Positions 49,201 to 58,405 of a stretch of 58,405 nt of DNA are shown piece after piece. The stretch is from Hydrurus foetidus (lineage: Eukaryota): the NCBI GenBank assembly GCA_900617105.1, contig UYFQ01000213.1:1-58405 (forward strand), in the 5' to 3' direction. Each line of letters opens with the position of its first letter. Positions within the stretch are counted from its first letter, which is position 1. Made by a program: the position numbers and the translations under genes. The notes under the pieces were generated by a model that worked only from the letters and a program-made list of their open reading frames with translations, was not told the origin of the DNA and did not search any database.

Positions 49201-50108
49201 CCGTTAACAAACATGATGTCTATGTACATTATCTGGTTTAAATCTTGAATGTTATCTAACAGTGGCTGCTCCTCTTCAATCTGTGCCTGATGGCTTGGCG
49301 TTTTACCCTTTAGGGACCCCAAGTCAGGACCCCAGATATCCAAAGACCTAACTACATCTTGTGCTGTAATGTTGCTGTTAACTAGTTTACCTTGTCCTAT
49401 CAGCTTAACTAACTGACCTGGACTAACGTAACCTAATTTCCTCTGATATTCTCTAGCTAACTCAGCCTGTTTTACCTGTCTAACTGTGTACTTTTTCATC
49501 TTATCGTTCACGGTAGTGACTAACATCAACTTAGGTTTACTTACCATAGTATTCAAATCACATATATATATATTATGTTTAACATCCCTGTTAAAGTAAT
49601 AGCAACATCCTCCTCTTATAACTTGCAAACTGTAAAAATCTCCCTTACTATTATACTTCACCGAGTAACAGTTATTTACCATATTTGCAAAGGATAGGAT
49701 GTTCGCTATACAATTAGGGTCATAGTATACTACTCCGAAGTCTGTCCTCCCGCATTCTCTGATCGTCAGTGGCTCTCCTCTAGTATTTACTCCATTAACT
49801 ACTAAAGGTGTGTGGGCAGACACAATGTCATAGAATAGGGTGTCAGATCTAAATACAGATTCACCAGCACATGTATCAAGCAACAGCAGATCATCACCAA
49901 ACACTTCAAAATTGTCTGTGATGTCTATGCTAAATATGTTACTATCTACGGCTAGTGTGTCCACATCTTGATCTTCGTCATCTATTATTTTAATTTGTAC
50001 ATATTTAGAAAAACGTACATGCTTATCGGTTTTATCCACAACATTATTCACATTCACATTATTGGCTGTATCATCATGTAAATAATCATATAATCGACTT
50101 ACTTTCCC
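46290..50108 (-). CDS. pol polyprotein of Copia element 2 (uninterrupted, no own ATG at the junction)
   Basis: LLDTCA (PR); YIDIMF, RVDGE and VERKIR (IN); IDFPGAFL and IHVDDM (RT); YVDASF (RH). Confidence 0.95.
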   Translation of the reverse strand, partial: GKVSRLYDYLHDDTANNVNVNNVVDKTDKHVRFSKYVQIKIIDDEDQDVDTLAVDSNIFSIDITDNFEVFGDDLLLLDTCAGESVFRSDTLFYDIVSAHTPLVVNGVNTRGEPLTIRECGRTDFGVVYYDPNCIANILSFANMVNNCYSVKYNSKGDFYSLQVIRGGCCYYFNRDVKHNIYICDLNTMVSKPKLMLVTTVNDKMKKYTVRQVKQAELAREYQRKLGYVSPGQLVKLIGQGKLVNSNITAQDVVRSLDIWGPDLGSLKGKTPSHQAQIEEEQPLLDNIQDLNQIMYIDIMFVNGNPFLIAVVKPLEYVMVNKLNNRANLTLWTSLESDIKHITKYGYRLDLVRVDGEGAINSVWFETKLATIGTALDTTGAGEAVTVVERKIRQIKERVRAVINTLPFKLTEKLEGWLVRYAVNRIVLVPTRNTVDYVSPREKLYGRKINVDKELKHGFGDYVQVHSDNIDNSNKARTSGAIALMSAGNLEGSWYYMLLSNEQIVKRTKATSLPMPDEVITYINGLSEKRNINRNNNTNQPVFEQNKRVILDDGLDYDDEHIYDNNTRRFSHAVTPHTDEMYDDSYIDELNVQHDAPVPYMMNDINDIDNRPDVHEIYDMNDMNNQKDYDYTELATDGVNIEPVEYDDTLTEYVTPDVDDVHTEDDVLTPYQSHDVIDDTYAVDDVLTDALPEIEQPALRRSARNHQPGRWVPRRGNYTIRCSAVNHVPSTNFSYAFNMTVKDSIDKLGNIAVDSIKKEMQQMCEKDVWEGVLISSLSQTQRSNIITSSMFLKDKYTADGKFDKLKSRLVAGGHLQDRDIYDNGSSPTVSTTSVFLIASIAAKENRSLATIDFPGAFLNSDMPLEGSHTVFMRLNKYLTGVLISIDKSYMKYVNDKGTCIVKLRKALYGCVESAKLWYDKISHDLSVLGYTANAYDMCVFNRIENNKSQTTLIIHVDDMMISCCNDKYVDMVIYEIEKLYPGLTKHRGKVLNYIGMTFNFESAGKVRITMEGFVKELLEDCKKILGVAPTPAKSELFSVKPDTSDSLLTTSAREYFHSITAKLLYLSKRTRPDILTPVAFLTKRVTKPQVEDMKKLERTIQYIRATKDLGLTLEVEDSITVICYVDASFGVHCDMKSHTGSAITLGKGVVYAKSSTQKLTTKSSTEAELVGLSDSANQVLWTRLFLIDQGYQDRSAIIFQDNKSTIQFINKDRSNSERTRHINIRYFFLHDRVKEKEITITYKPTNDMLADMLTKLLQGEQFRAFRDKLLGIT

Positions 50109-51323
50109 TTTCCTTTGCCGGGTGGTGTCGTGGATTTTCCTCCTGGGCTCTTGCCTACGTCTTCTCCCCAGTACTGTGCTACAGTCTCTGCTGTATCCGA
50201 TCTGCATTCTCGAGCTAAGTGCCCGTATTTCCCACAGTTATTACATGGTCCACGCTTATAACCGGCTGATGCTGACTTTGTCGCAACGTAAGCTCCCAAA
50301 GGTGAGCTTTTCTCGCTGCTGCTGCTTCCTTCTGGTGAGTCGGCTCCGTCCTTCACCCACTTCGCATTGGGTGCGCTTTTCCCTTTATGTCCTCCCGGGT
50401 ATCCTCCACGGTCGCTTCTGCCTCCTCTACCAGCCATCGCAAATGCATTTGCGCGATCCATTACTGCTGGCGAGTTCCCAGCTGCCCGCTTGGGGTTGTA
50501 CTTGGCCGCTTCTTGATAAGCTGACTCAAGACAATCAGGCCAAGGTTTCAGTCCATTAGTGAAAAAAGATTTAAATTCGTTGTAGCTGTTGTTCAATCCC
50601 AATATGAACTTAACAGCCATCTGTCCTTCTGGGTATAATTCGTCCAATCCTTCGCGTCCTGTCATCTCGTATGCCTGCTGGATTGCAGTGAGTGCTGACT
50701 TAGTACTTATGAAGTACATGCTCAAATTCTCATGTCCTCCCATCACTAGGTCGTTGTAACGCTGCGTAATCACGTACATCTGGTGCTGTATTCCTAGAGT
50801 AGAGTCTCCTATGTGAGTCACGAGAATTGCTTGAAGCAATTTTCTCGGCTCAAATTCACAAGCAGCTTCGACCCCTAGCAGTACTTCTCCCACTCTCGTC
50901 TTCGAACTTTCGGACATTTGTCCTAACATGGCTCCATAGAGATTGGTCTTATCTTGGTCTAGAGTCTTTAGATTGCTCTGATATTCAGTTCTCTCCAACT
51001 TCCATATCGTTGTATCGTATATGGATGCATCCGCGTTGGGTTGATCTGGCGAGGCATACACTGGGTAATCCCCAGTGTGCCATCAGCGCCGAAGATCATG
51101 CTAATCTCGACTTGTAAGTCGTCATAGCGTACTCCTTCATTTTGGACATCCATTTGGTAACCGCTCCATGGGCAATGTCCTTCCCAGGTGGTAGATCCAA
51201 ATATGCACCGATCGTCGGTATATTTCCCCGTTGGTGGTTCGGCGTCGCTGGAGATCCTCTCCCACCACGACCCACGAAGTAACCTCGTCCACGTCCCTGT
51301 TGGGGACTTCCACGGCCTTTCAT
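50099..51323 (-). pseudogene. gag of Copia element 2 with two 1-nt frameshifts (~51105 and ~51070)
   Basis: RG-rich N-terminus, CCHC knuckle CNNCGKYGHLAREC, TAA at 50101-50099. Confidence 0.85.
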
Positions 51324-51361
51324 CGTTGCAACTTCTTGTTGCAGACGATGAGTGCTAATTA

Positions 51362-51714
51362 TGTTGTGAAAGGTGGACTGGAAGGTGTGACGTATGTCCC
51401 ATACGGTTGGTCACAAGCTCCCCACTGCACTCTCCGTAACTGCTTTACTCGTTCTGTCTCGTATCAGAAGAGAAGTCTCGCAAACGGCTACGAGTTTGGG
51501 TTAATTAGCACTGCTGCAACGCAGTAGTAGTCAAGTGTAGTCGGTGGTTGTTGCAACAGGTTGGTGGCTATTCTAGTTCAAATGTGTCATATCGTATGTA
51601 GTACGGTACTGCTGTGGTGCAACACCGTACGTGTGGTTCAAATGTGAAATACAGATAATAGCATCACAATTCGAATACGGAATATCTAGTCTACATAATA
51701 CTGATATTACTACA
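51362..51714 (-). repeat. 5' LTR of Copia element 2
   Basis: Upstream of gag on the minus strand, flanked by TSD CTCTC at 51715-51719. Confidence 0.96.
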
Positions 51715-51864
51715 CTCTCTTCATTTTGGAGCCTAAGAGCTGGTTACTCTTCGCGGTTTCCACTCCATCACTCCGTACGCCGTAATGTTTTCGTAGGATT
51801 GTGGCTATCTGTACCACGGTTAGAGAGCGAGCAGCATAATAAAGTTCTATTCGTAATTTCGCGG

Positions 51865-52764
51865 ATGCATTTCTTCCGGCAGCGCAGCTATCGGCAGAAA
51901 TCAAGGAAATCATCGAAACGCGAGACGAAATCCACTCGCGGGAACCAAGTTGATCTAAAAAAGGAAAATGCGTACTATAAAGAAGTCTGCAAGTTAAAGA
52001 GAACGATACCATGCTGGGACATATTCTATACTGCCCCTGAGCAAGATCGCATCGACAGTTGGTTGCGGCTTGAAGTACTAGGTGCTGCAATGTGTGAGAA
52101 GTATTCTTGGGCTATACCTGACAGTACAACTATTAGAATACTGAAGCACTTCTGTCCCCTCATAGAAATTGGTGCTGGAAAGGGCTATATTGCTAAATTA
52201 CTCAAAGATGAGGGTGCAGATATTGTTGCATTCGACAGAGAAGTAGATAAGACTTCAGCATGGACAAAAGTAAAAATTGGCGGACCTGAAAAACTCTCGG
52301 AAAGTGCAGCTGCTGGTAGAAATTTGTTCCTTTGTTACCCTGATGAGGACAGCTCTATGGCGAATCCCTGTTTAGATGATTTCATTGGCGATTATGTTAT
52401 ACACATTGGTGAGCTTATATCAACGGGTCAGTTAAGTTCGCCGCAAGCACCCTGGGGGAGAACGAGCAGTGCTGACTTTCAAATCAGCTTAATGACCGAT
52501 TTCCACTGTGTCTTAGTCTATGAACTGCCCGCCTTTCCATTCAGTAGAGACTGTATCACTGTTTGGAAACGAACAGAATTTGTGAGAGGAAAGGAGTCTA
52601 TCGGTAGAGAGCTAGGTGATGGTAGTAATGGCGATGGGGAGGAGCACGATTCTGAAGACGCGTCCGAAGAAGGTTCAGAACGGGACGATGCTTGGGCAAG
52701 CATTCCTCAGAACGAAAGATTGTCAGTCACGCGGTCGTCACCTGAGTTCGCTCATTTACTGTAG
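51865..52764 (+). CDS. SAM-dependent methyltransferase-like protein
   Basis: YSWAIP, LIEIGAGKGY (motif I), VAFD and LFLCYP; first ATG outside the LTR is 51865. Confidence 0.7.
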   Translation: MHFFRQRSYRQKSRKSSKRETKSTRGNQVDLKKENAYYKEVCKLKRTIPCWDIFYTAPEQDRIDSWLRLEVLGAAMCEKYSWAIPDSTTIRILKHFCPLIEIGAGKGYIAKLLKDEGADIVAFDREVDKTSAWTKVKIGGPEKLSESAAAGRNLFLCYPDEDSSMANPCLDDFIGDYVIHIGELISTGQLSSPQAPWGRTSSADFQISLMTDFHCVLVYELPAFPFSRDCITVWKRTEFVRGKESIGRELGDGSNGDGEEHDSEDASEEGSERDDAWASIPQNERLSVTRSSPEFAHLL

Positions 52765-53481
52765 CTGGTGGCGAGATGAAGGTGAAAGTGGAACTCATCT
52801 GATCCGGAGAGAGCGTACATCGTGTTCAGTTACGAAAATTCTGATGTCAGAGAAAGCGTTCTGCTGCTTGATGTCCACGGTGCGAAATATGGTTATTTGA
52901 TGTCTCCTACTTGAGAATGACTGAGACAGTCCACCAATATGATGATTCTTCTAGGAGCGTCTAGAAATGTTGAAGTATCGAGACTAAGTGTTAAGGTTCC
53001 ACACAGTACTTACATCGGACTAGCTGAAGCATGAAAAGAAATGGATAAGTGACTAATACATCAATTTGCCTGCCATCCGAAACAGTCTAGAGGAGAAGCA
53101 AAATTCAGCTGAATAATACTGTGGTTTCTTAGGACTTCTGACTGTATCTGAGTCGTCTGAGTCGCTGATACGGTAGTGCGGTGCGGGCTGTTGTGTTTAT
53201 GTTTTCGTCGCCATTTGTCGGTGCTTCTGCAGATCAGGTCGCCACTGCTATTAGATTTTATGAAATAGAGGGCTTTGTCTTTCCAAGGCTGTAGTCGTTG
53301 ATTACCGTATATTTCGAATATTTCATCATCACTTCGCAAGGCGAATGATCATCGTGACATGCTATAGCTTTTTCTTCTGCCGTATCACACAGACACGTGA
53401 AACTAAATTACATCTGACTGCACTAAATAATATCGCTGCGCTGCACTTTACTGAATTTCCTTTCATTCTCCTCCATTCAGC

Positions 53482-55286
53482 TCACTGACGTTTCTGTGAC
53501 TGTCCATTCTGCCATCCATAGACTTGAGGGGGTGGCATGTTATTGAAATCGGACTGTGCATAGCTCTGTGCGGGTGGGTGGGTGTTGTACATTCCGTACA
53601 CAGGTGGCGTACTGGCGCTTGTTGCGTTAAATATTGGAGGTGGTGCAATATCAATGACATTTTTCGTATGGCCGTATTTTCGTTGTAATTCTGGATCAGA
53701 TGCGGAAGTGTGAAAACCGTCTGTTCAGATTTGAAAATATGAGAAAATAAAAAGAGATGAGGGAAATGTCATCTGAAAGAAGATGGAGGAAAAATTGAGA
53801 TACTTTACCTGGCATAATAATCCGACTTATGCTGCTATTAACAACGGCTGGCTTGTATGCTTGTTGAATCACAGGTGGGGGAGATTGAGCAGGTGTCAAG
53901 CCGACTTGACTGGAGGGGTAGACAGGCGGTGCGTAAGACGCTGCATGGACAGGAGGTGTCTGAAGGTGCGGATTAGGAGCGGGCATTGATGGCGGTTGAA
54001 TGTGCTGATTAGACGGTACTTGTTGATGGGGATTAGGTGCGATGTGCTGGTGGCGGTTAGGAGGTGTTTGTAGATGGGGGTTCTGAGGCAATTGCTGTGG
54101 GTGCTGCTGGACAGGAGAAGGAGGCACTGAGTAGCTCGGAGCCTTCATATGCGGTGACACAGTTATAGGCGTAAGTCCAGAAGTAACGGATGGAACGCCA
54201 TTTTGTGCCATTGGAAGATTGTGAATTTGATGTTGAAACGCATTGCTGTGAGGGTTATAACCGGGTTTGGCAGGAGAGCTCACGGTTGAGTTGGCCGCAG
54301 TGTCTACGGGAGTGCTGATGCCGCTACTAGATAAACCCCTCAGACCTTTCTTACCGTCAGAAGCTGTCTCATTTCGATGGAATATATTGATTGGGAGATT
54401 CATAGGCTGATTATCGGTGAGAATAGGCGGAGATATGGGCGTTGATATACTGTTGCTCTGGTTGATTGTCACACCTCCAACTCTTGGAGCTTGTGGTATT
54501 TGCACGGATGGAGCGTATTGAGGTTGTTCTTGCACGTTTTGTGCGTAGCTCTGTTGCTGTTGCTGCTGCTGTAGTAGGTGGTGGTGTTGTTCTGTGTGAT
54601 ATTGGTTCTGCTGTACGTATTGATGCTGCTCTGCGCTATATGGAGTCTGCTGCGTCTGAACCAAATAGTTGGAGCTCCTCACCATATTTCCATGAGTCTG
54701 GCAATTAGTTTCAGCGCACACATTACAAGAACTGGCGCCAAAAGAATATCGTCTCTCGCTCTGAAACTGTAGTGGCAACAGATACTGTCTCACAGTATGA
54801 CACTCAGTAGTGTCATAGGCTGTTTGACCTTGATCATTTTTCTTGCCAGCGAAAGACCCTCTCTCCACCAGTATTCTGCACAGATCAAGATGTCCGTATC
54901 TTGCTGCGTAGTGCAAGGGTGTATTGCCCTGGAGATCTGGAAAGTCAACTGCGACCCCTGTCATACAGTTTGATGTTCAATCATTTGAAAGTTGGAACAG
55001 GAATCTAAGAAGCGTCTGCGAAATACAGTATGGAAGTGATGCTACTCTTACCCTGACTCATTATCATATCAACTGCGAACATGTTGTTGTATCGACAAGC
55101 GCAATGAATAGCAGAGTATCCACTTTCGTTCGCACGAGCCATCTCGTCACCGGTGGAGTTCCTTAGTATGCTTTGGACTTCAACGTTATTGTGATTCTGT
55201 ATCGCCAGAAAAAATGTGCTTGAAGATCCGGCGACAGGAGCCAGTATTTCTCCTATTCTACCCAACTGGTCAAAAAAGCCCTTCAT
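53482..55286 (-). CDS. Ankyrin-repeat protein with a Q/P-rich low-complexity C-terminus (3 exons)
   Basis: GYSAIHCAC and GNTPLHYAARYGHLD ankyrin repeats; introns near 55050-54960 and 53808-53721; last exon starts DGFHTSASDPELQRKYGH. Confidence 0.85.
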
Positions 55287-56129
55287 AATTGACTGTGATA
55301 AATGTTAAATATTACAGTGCCAAACTCGAGTCGCTATCGTGCAGCTATAATCCTGCCATCGGAAGAGATCGATGGCTGTGAAAGACCTGATGACTTCACT
55401 TCGGGCTGCGTGAATCCCCTCTTGACTTTACCTATGGAAAAACATCACAGTACTCGAATTATTTGACTCACGCTCAAGTTGTTCACTGTACACTCCTAAA
55501 ACCTAAAATTGACGCGCGGGCTTCTTCGAAAATGTGTACCGTACCGTACCGTACTGGGTACACACAGTACGTGTGATTACAATGTCCGTCTGACGTCTGT
55601 TCATTAACTGCTGTTATATTGTATAGCTATTACTACTTTCCAGATCACGATATCACTGAGGTACACTTAGAGATTAGGTTGCTTGTAGTGTAATTGGAGC
55701 CAATTACAGAGCCAAATAGTAGGGGAAAAGTATTCCCTCAAGTATCTAATTGAAGGATTATTTGACTTAGACAGACACTAATCCCTTTACAGCATGCAAC
55801 ATTAAGTGTTTGTAGAAGAAAGGGGGTTGTCGGAGGCTTTTTATTTTCAGCCTCATCTAAAACATAGAAAGCGTAAGTAGTCTACGTATTTTATTTAGTC
55901 GGAGATTTGATCAAGAGGCTCAGTGTTCTTCAGTGTTCAGTGTGTTGTGTCGGTTTCATTTTCCCACCCCCTTGTAGCAGTGATTCGATTCTGGGATTCT
56001 GTACGTTGGTTATCATTGAAAGGGCATTACAAACTTCAGTATTACCCAACTCATCGAGGCGATTTGCAGTCAATCAGATAGATTCCATTAGATCAGGCAA
56101 AGAGAGTGCTGTAAAAAATAAACTGTGGA

Positions 56130-57958
56130 ATGGCAGAACTTAAAATTAAAGCTGTTATTGGTTTTAGCGGTAATACTTCAATGACTACCTTTCTCTTTGA
56201 CAGCATCAGTAGCGCGCAATCAAAACTCACCCTGATTGCTTTCCTTATTGCATCACTGCACTCTGATATGAATCATCAGGCGCCGTGAGGGATTCCCTGA
56301 CGTACACTCCATGCGGTAAATACTTACTGTACCCTCTTGGATCATTCATTGTTATTAAGAACGTGAAGAGTGGCAAAGAAAGTTTCTTCGACGGACATAC
56401 AAGGGAGGTGTCATGTTTATCGCTCTCGAAAAATGGGCTCAGAATGGCATCTGGACAACTCAATATACCTGGTGTAAAGGTAGCATTTCTTTCTCTCAAC
56501 TGACAGCGACATCAAGAACCATAGTGCTTGCAGCACTTTTATGATCAAAAATCTCTTATTTCTAGATTCTAAATTGCTGTGACTTATTACAGATTGCTAC
56601 ATATTTCGTTCTGCTGATGTGATTGTTTCGATTTCGATTTCCTAGGCTGACGTAATTATATGGGATCTAACGGAGGCTAAGAAACTAAATGATGCTCAGC
56701 AAGTGATGATTGGCGACTCTACCATTATTCATAGAATAAAGCAGCATCTCGGCAAAGTTCAGGATTTGTCTTTTTCTGCCAATAGTAAATTCCTAGCAAC
56801 TCTGGGAGGTCAAGATGATAACGCTCTCATTATTTGGGATGCCGAATCTGGGGAAGCTATTTGTGGCTCGCCAGCAGCTCAGGACTCTTCATTGTGTTGT
56901 CGGTGGCTACACGGAAGAAGTGACCGTATTGTTACTGGTTAGATGAGAATAACTTTGTGGCTATCATATGTTTATCTTGCCTATCGAATCAATCGTGTTG
57001 TGTTGTGCTGTACTGTGCTGTGTTGTGTTGTGTTGTGTTGTGTCGATAAGGTCATAGTCAGCAAACCAACTGACAAAAGGATTCACAGAAGATTCCTGCA
57101 GGATTCTAATTATCGTTTCAATTCAACTGTATAGGCGGCAATTATCATGTGAGAGTGTGGCAGATCGATTTCAATCTCCCCAAGCTCCATCCCATGGACG
57201 TCAAACTCGCAGCTGTTAGGAGAGTAATCCTCTGCATGGATCTAACAACAGATGACAAAATAGCATACTGCGGCACATCTACTGGAGACATATTGAAGAT
57301 TAGCATCGATAGAAATGAGATTCAATCGTACAATGACCCCGACACGACAGTGCCCGCTCTACTTGCATGCAGTAAAGATAAATTCGCAAAAGGAGTAAAA
57401 GTGCTCATGTGTGTGTTAAATGTCGCTACTGGGAATAACAATGTCATGGTGGGTGCGGGGGACGGCACTTTGAACTTCATGAACCCTCAAATGCACGTAG
57501 TAGCGGGATACAAAACACAACTAATGGGAGGGGTCACATCCATTTCGAGACAGCCCAATGGGGACAAACTGATAGTAGGGACGGATCAGTGCAACAGATA
57601 CGAAGTGTCACTCGATCTAGCACGTGCAGAGCTCAAAGCTTCTTGTCACTACGGTATGTGCATAGACGTTCTATGGCACTTTTTGTTTCTTTCTTTGTGA
57701 CATTTTTTATATCTTCTTCGTTCATCTATTTCACTTCATACTTTCCACTTATCCTCGACATAATCGTTTATGGGACAAAGGAACGCCGTCAGTATTACAT
57801 CAAAATCAGAAGCAGCACATTTCCATTGTACCACGTACGCATTTCAAACGCATTATGTTATTTGACATATTTCACGTTTGCTACCGTTTCTGTAGGTGCA
57901 GTGAATGATGTCGCTTTTCCCGAAGGATGTCCTGACCTCATCGTGACATCAAGTAAAG
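56130..57958 (+). CDS. CFAP52: Cilia- and flagella-associated protein 52 (WDR16), 5' part; gene continues beyond the window
   Basis: LKIKAVIGFSG, LLYPLGS, LATLGGQDDN, AICGSPA, AYCGTSTGD and VNDVAFP across five exons. Confidence 0.92.
56995..57042. repeat. (TGTTG)n microsatellite in a CFAP52 intron
   Basis: Imperfect pentamer run. Confidence 0.85.
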
Positions 57959-58060
57959 GTGAGATTGATATGGTACTGCTTTGATGAGTTTCGTGTGAAG
58001 TATTGTTACATTAAAAACTGTGATATGAGGGTAAGAAGAGCATAGAAGTGAGGTGTGTAA

Positions 58061-58138
58061 AAATGAAGTAAAATCACATGAAATGAAATGAAGTGCAATC
58101 ACATGAAATGAAATGAAATAAAATCACATGAAATGAAA
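58061..58138. repeat. (AAATG)n-type microsatellite in a CFAP52 intron
   Basis: AATCACATGAAATGAAA occurs 3 times. Confidence 0.8.
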
Positions 58139-58405
58139 AGGGTTTTAGTAAAATTGAAAGATGGTCTTTCGACCAGTAGAATCAGCGGAAGTGTTTAGAT
58201 AAATGTATGACGCAACACAAAAAATTGAGATTTGGATATGCAGTTGTGTGAATGGTATGAGGAGCATATGTAAGATATGTATGGGATTGATAATTACGCT
58301 GAACAATTACGAGATGTACGAGGGGTAGACAACATAGAGGAGAGTTGGTGGAAGTATATACTACGTGCACAATAGAACATTGAACAGATTCTGATCTACA
58401 ATTCT

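Larger units (their letters stand above)
45391..51714 (-). mobile_element. Full-length Ty1/Copia LTR retrotransposon 2, recent insertion
   Basis: 353-bp LTRs (45391-45743 and 51362-51714; 4 differences seen), TSD CTCTC, PPT AGGGGTG, gag followed by PR-IN-RT-RH. Confidence 0.97.

Overview
Eukaryotic DNA with GT-AG introns, most likely from a flagellated stramenopile (inferred from CoDi-like Copia elements, MND1 and CFAP52). The first ~31 kb is a dense transposon nest. In order it holds a partial LTR element with a tRNA-type PBS, a Harbinger transposase remnant, a pogo-like TIR element (4642-8370), a Sola-like TIR element (8388-10229) and a full-length Copia (10237-15599). These are followed by a hAT-type shell (15986-23548) that encloses a tyrosine-recombinase (DIRS-order) retrotransposon and a pogo-family MITE, then a Zator-like transposase gene. 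The rest is mostly host genes: MND1, a multi-TM lipase, ubiquitin-RPL40, MBF1, a methyltransferase-like gene, an ankyrin protein and CFAP52. This part is interrupted by a TIR element carrying a 186-bp tandem array (38989-41362) and a second full-length Copia (45391-51714). Best candidate for a new system: both full-length Copia elements lack a tRNA primer-binding site. In each, the 11 nt directly after the 5' LTR are the exact reverse complement of an 11-mer inside that LTR, which is the Tf1-type self-priming geometry. The two elements also appear to use different gag-pol recoding signals (UGA-C readthrough versus a -1 slippery site). All calls were made by eye; no database searches were run.
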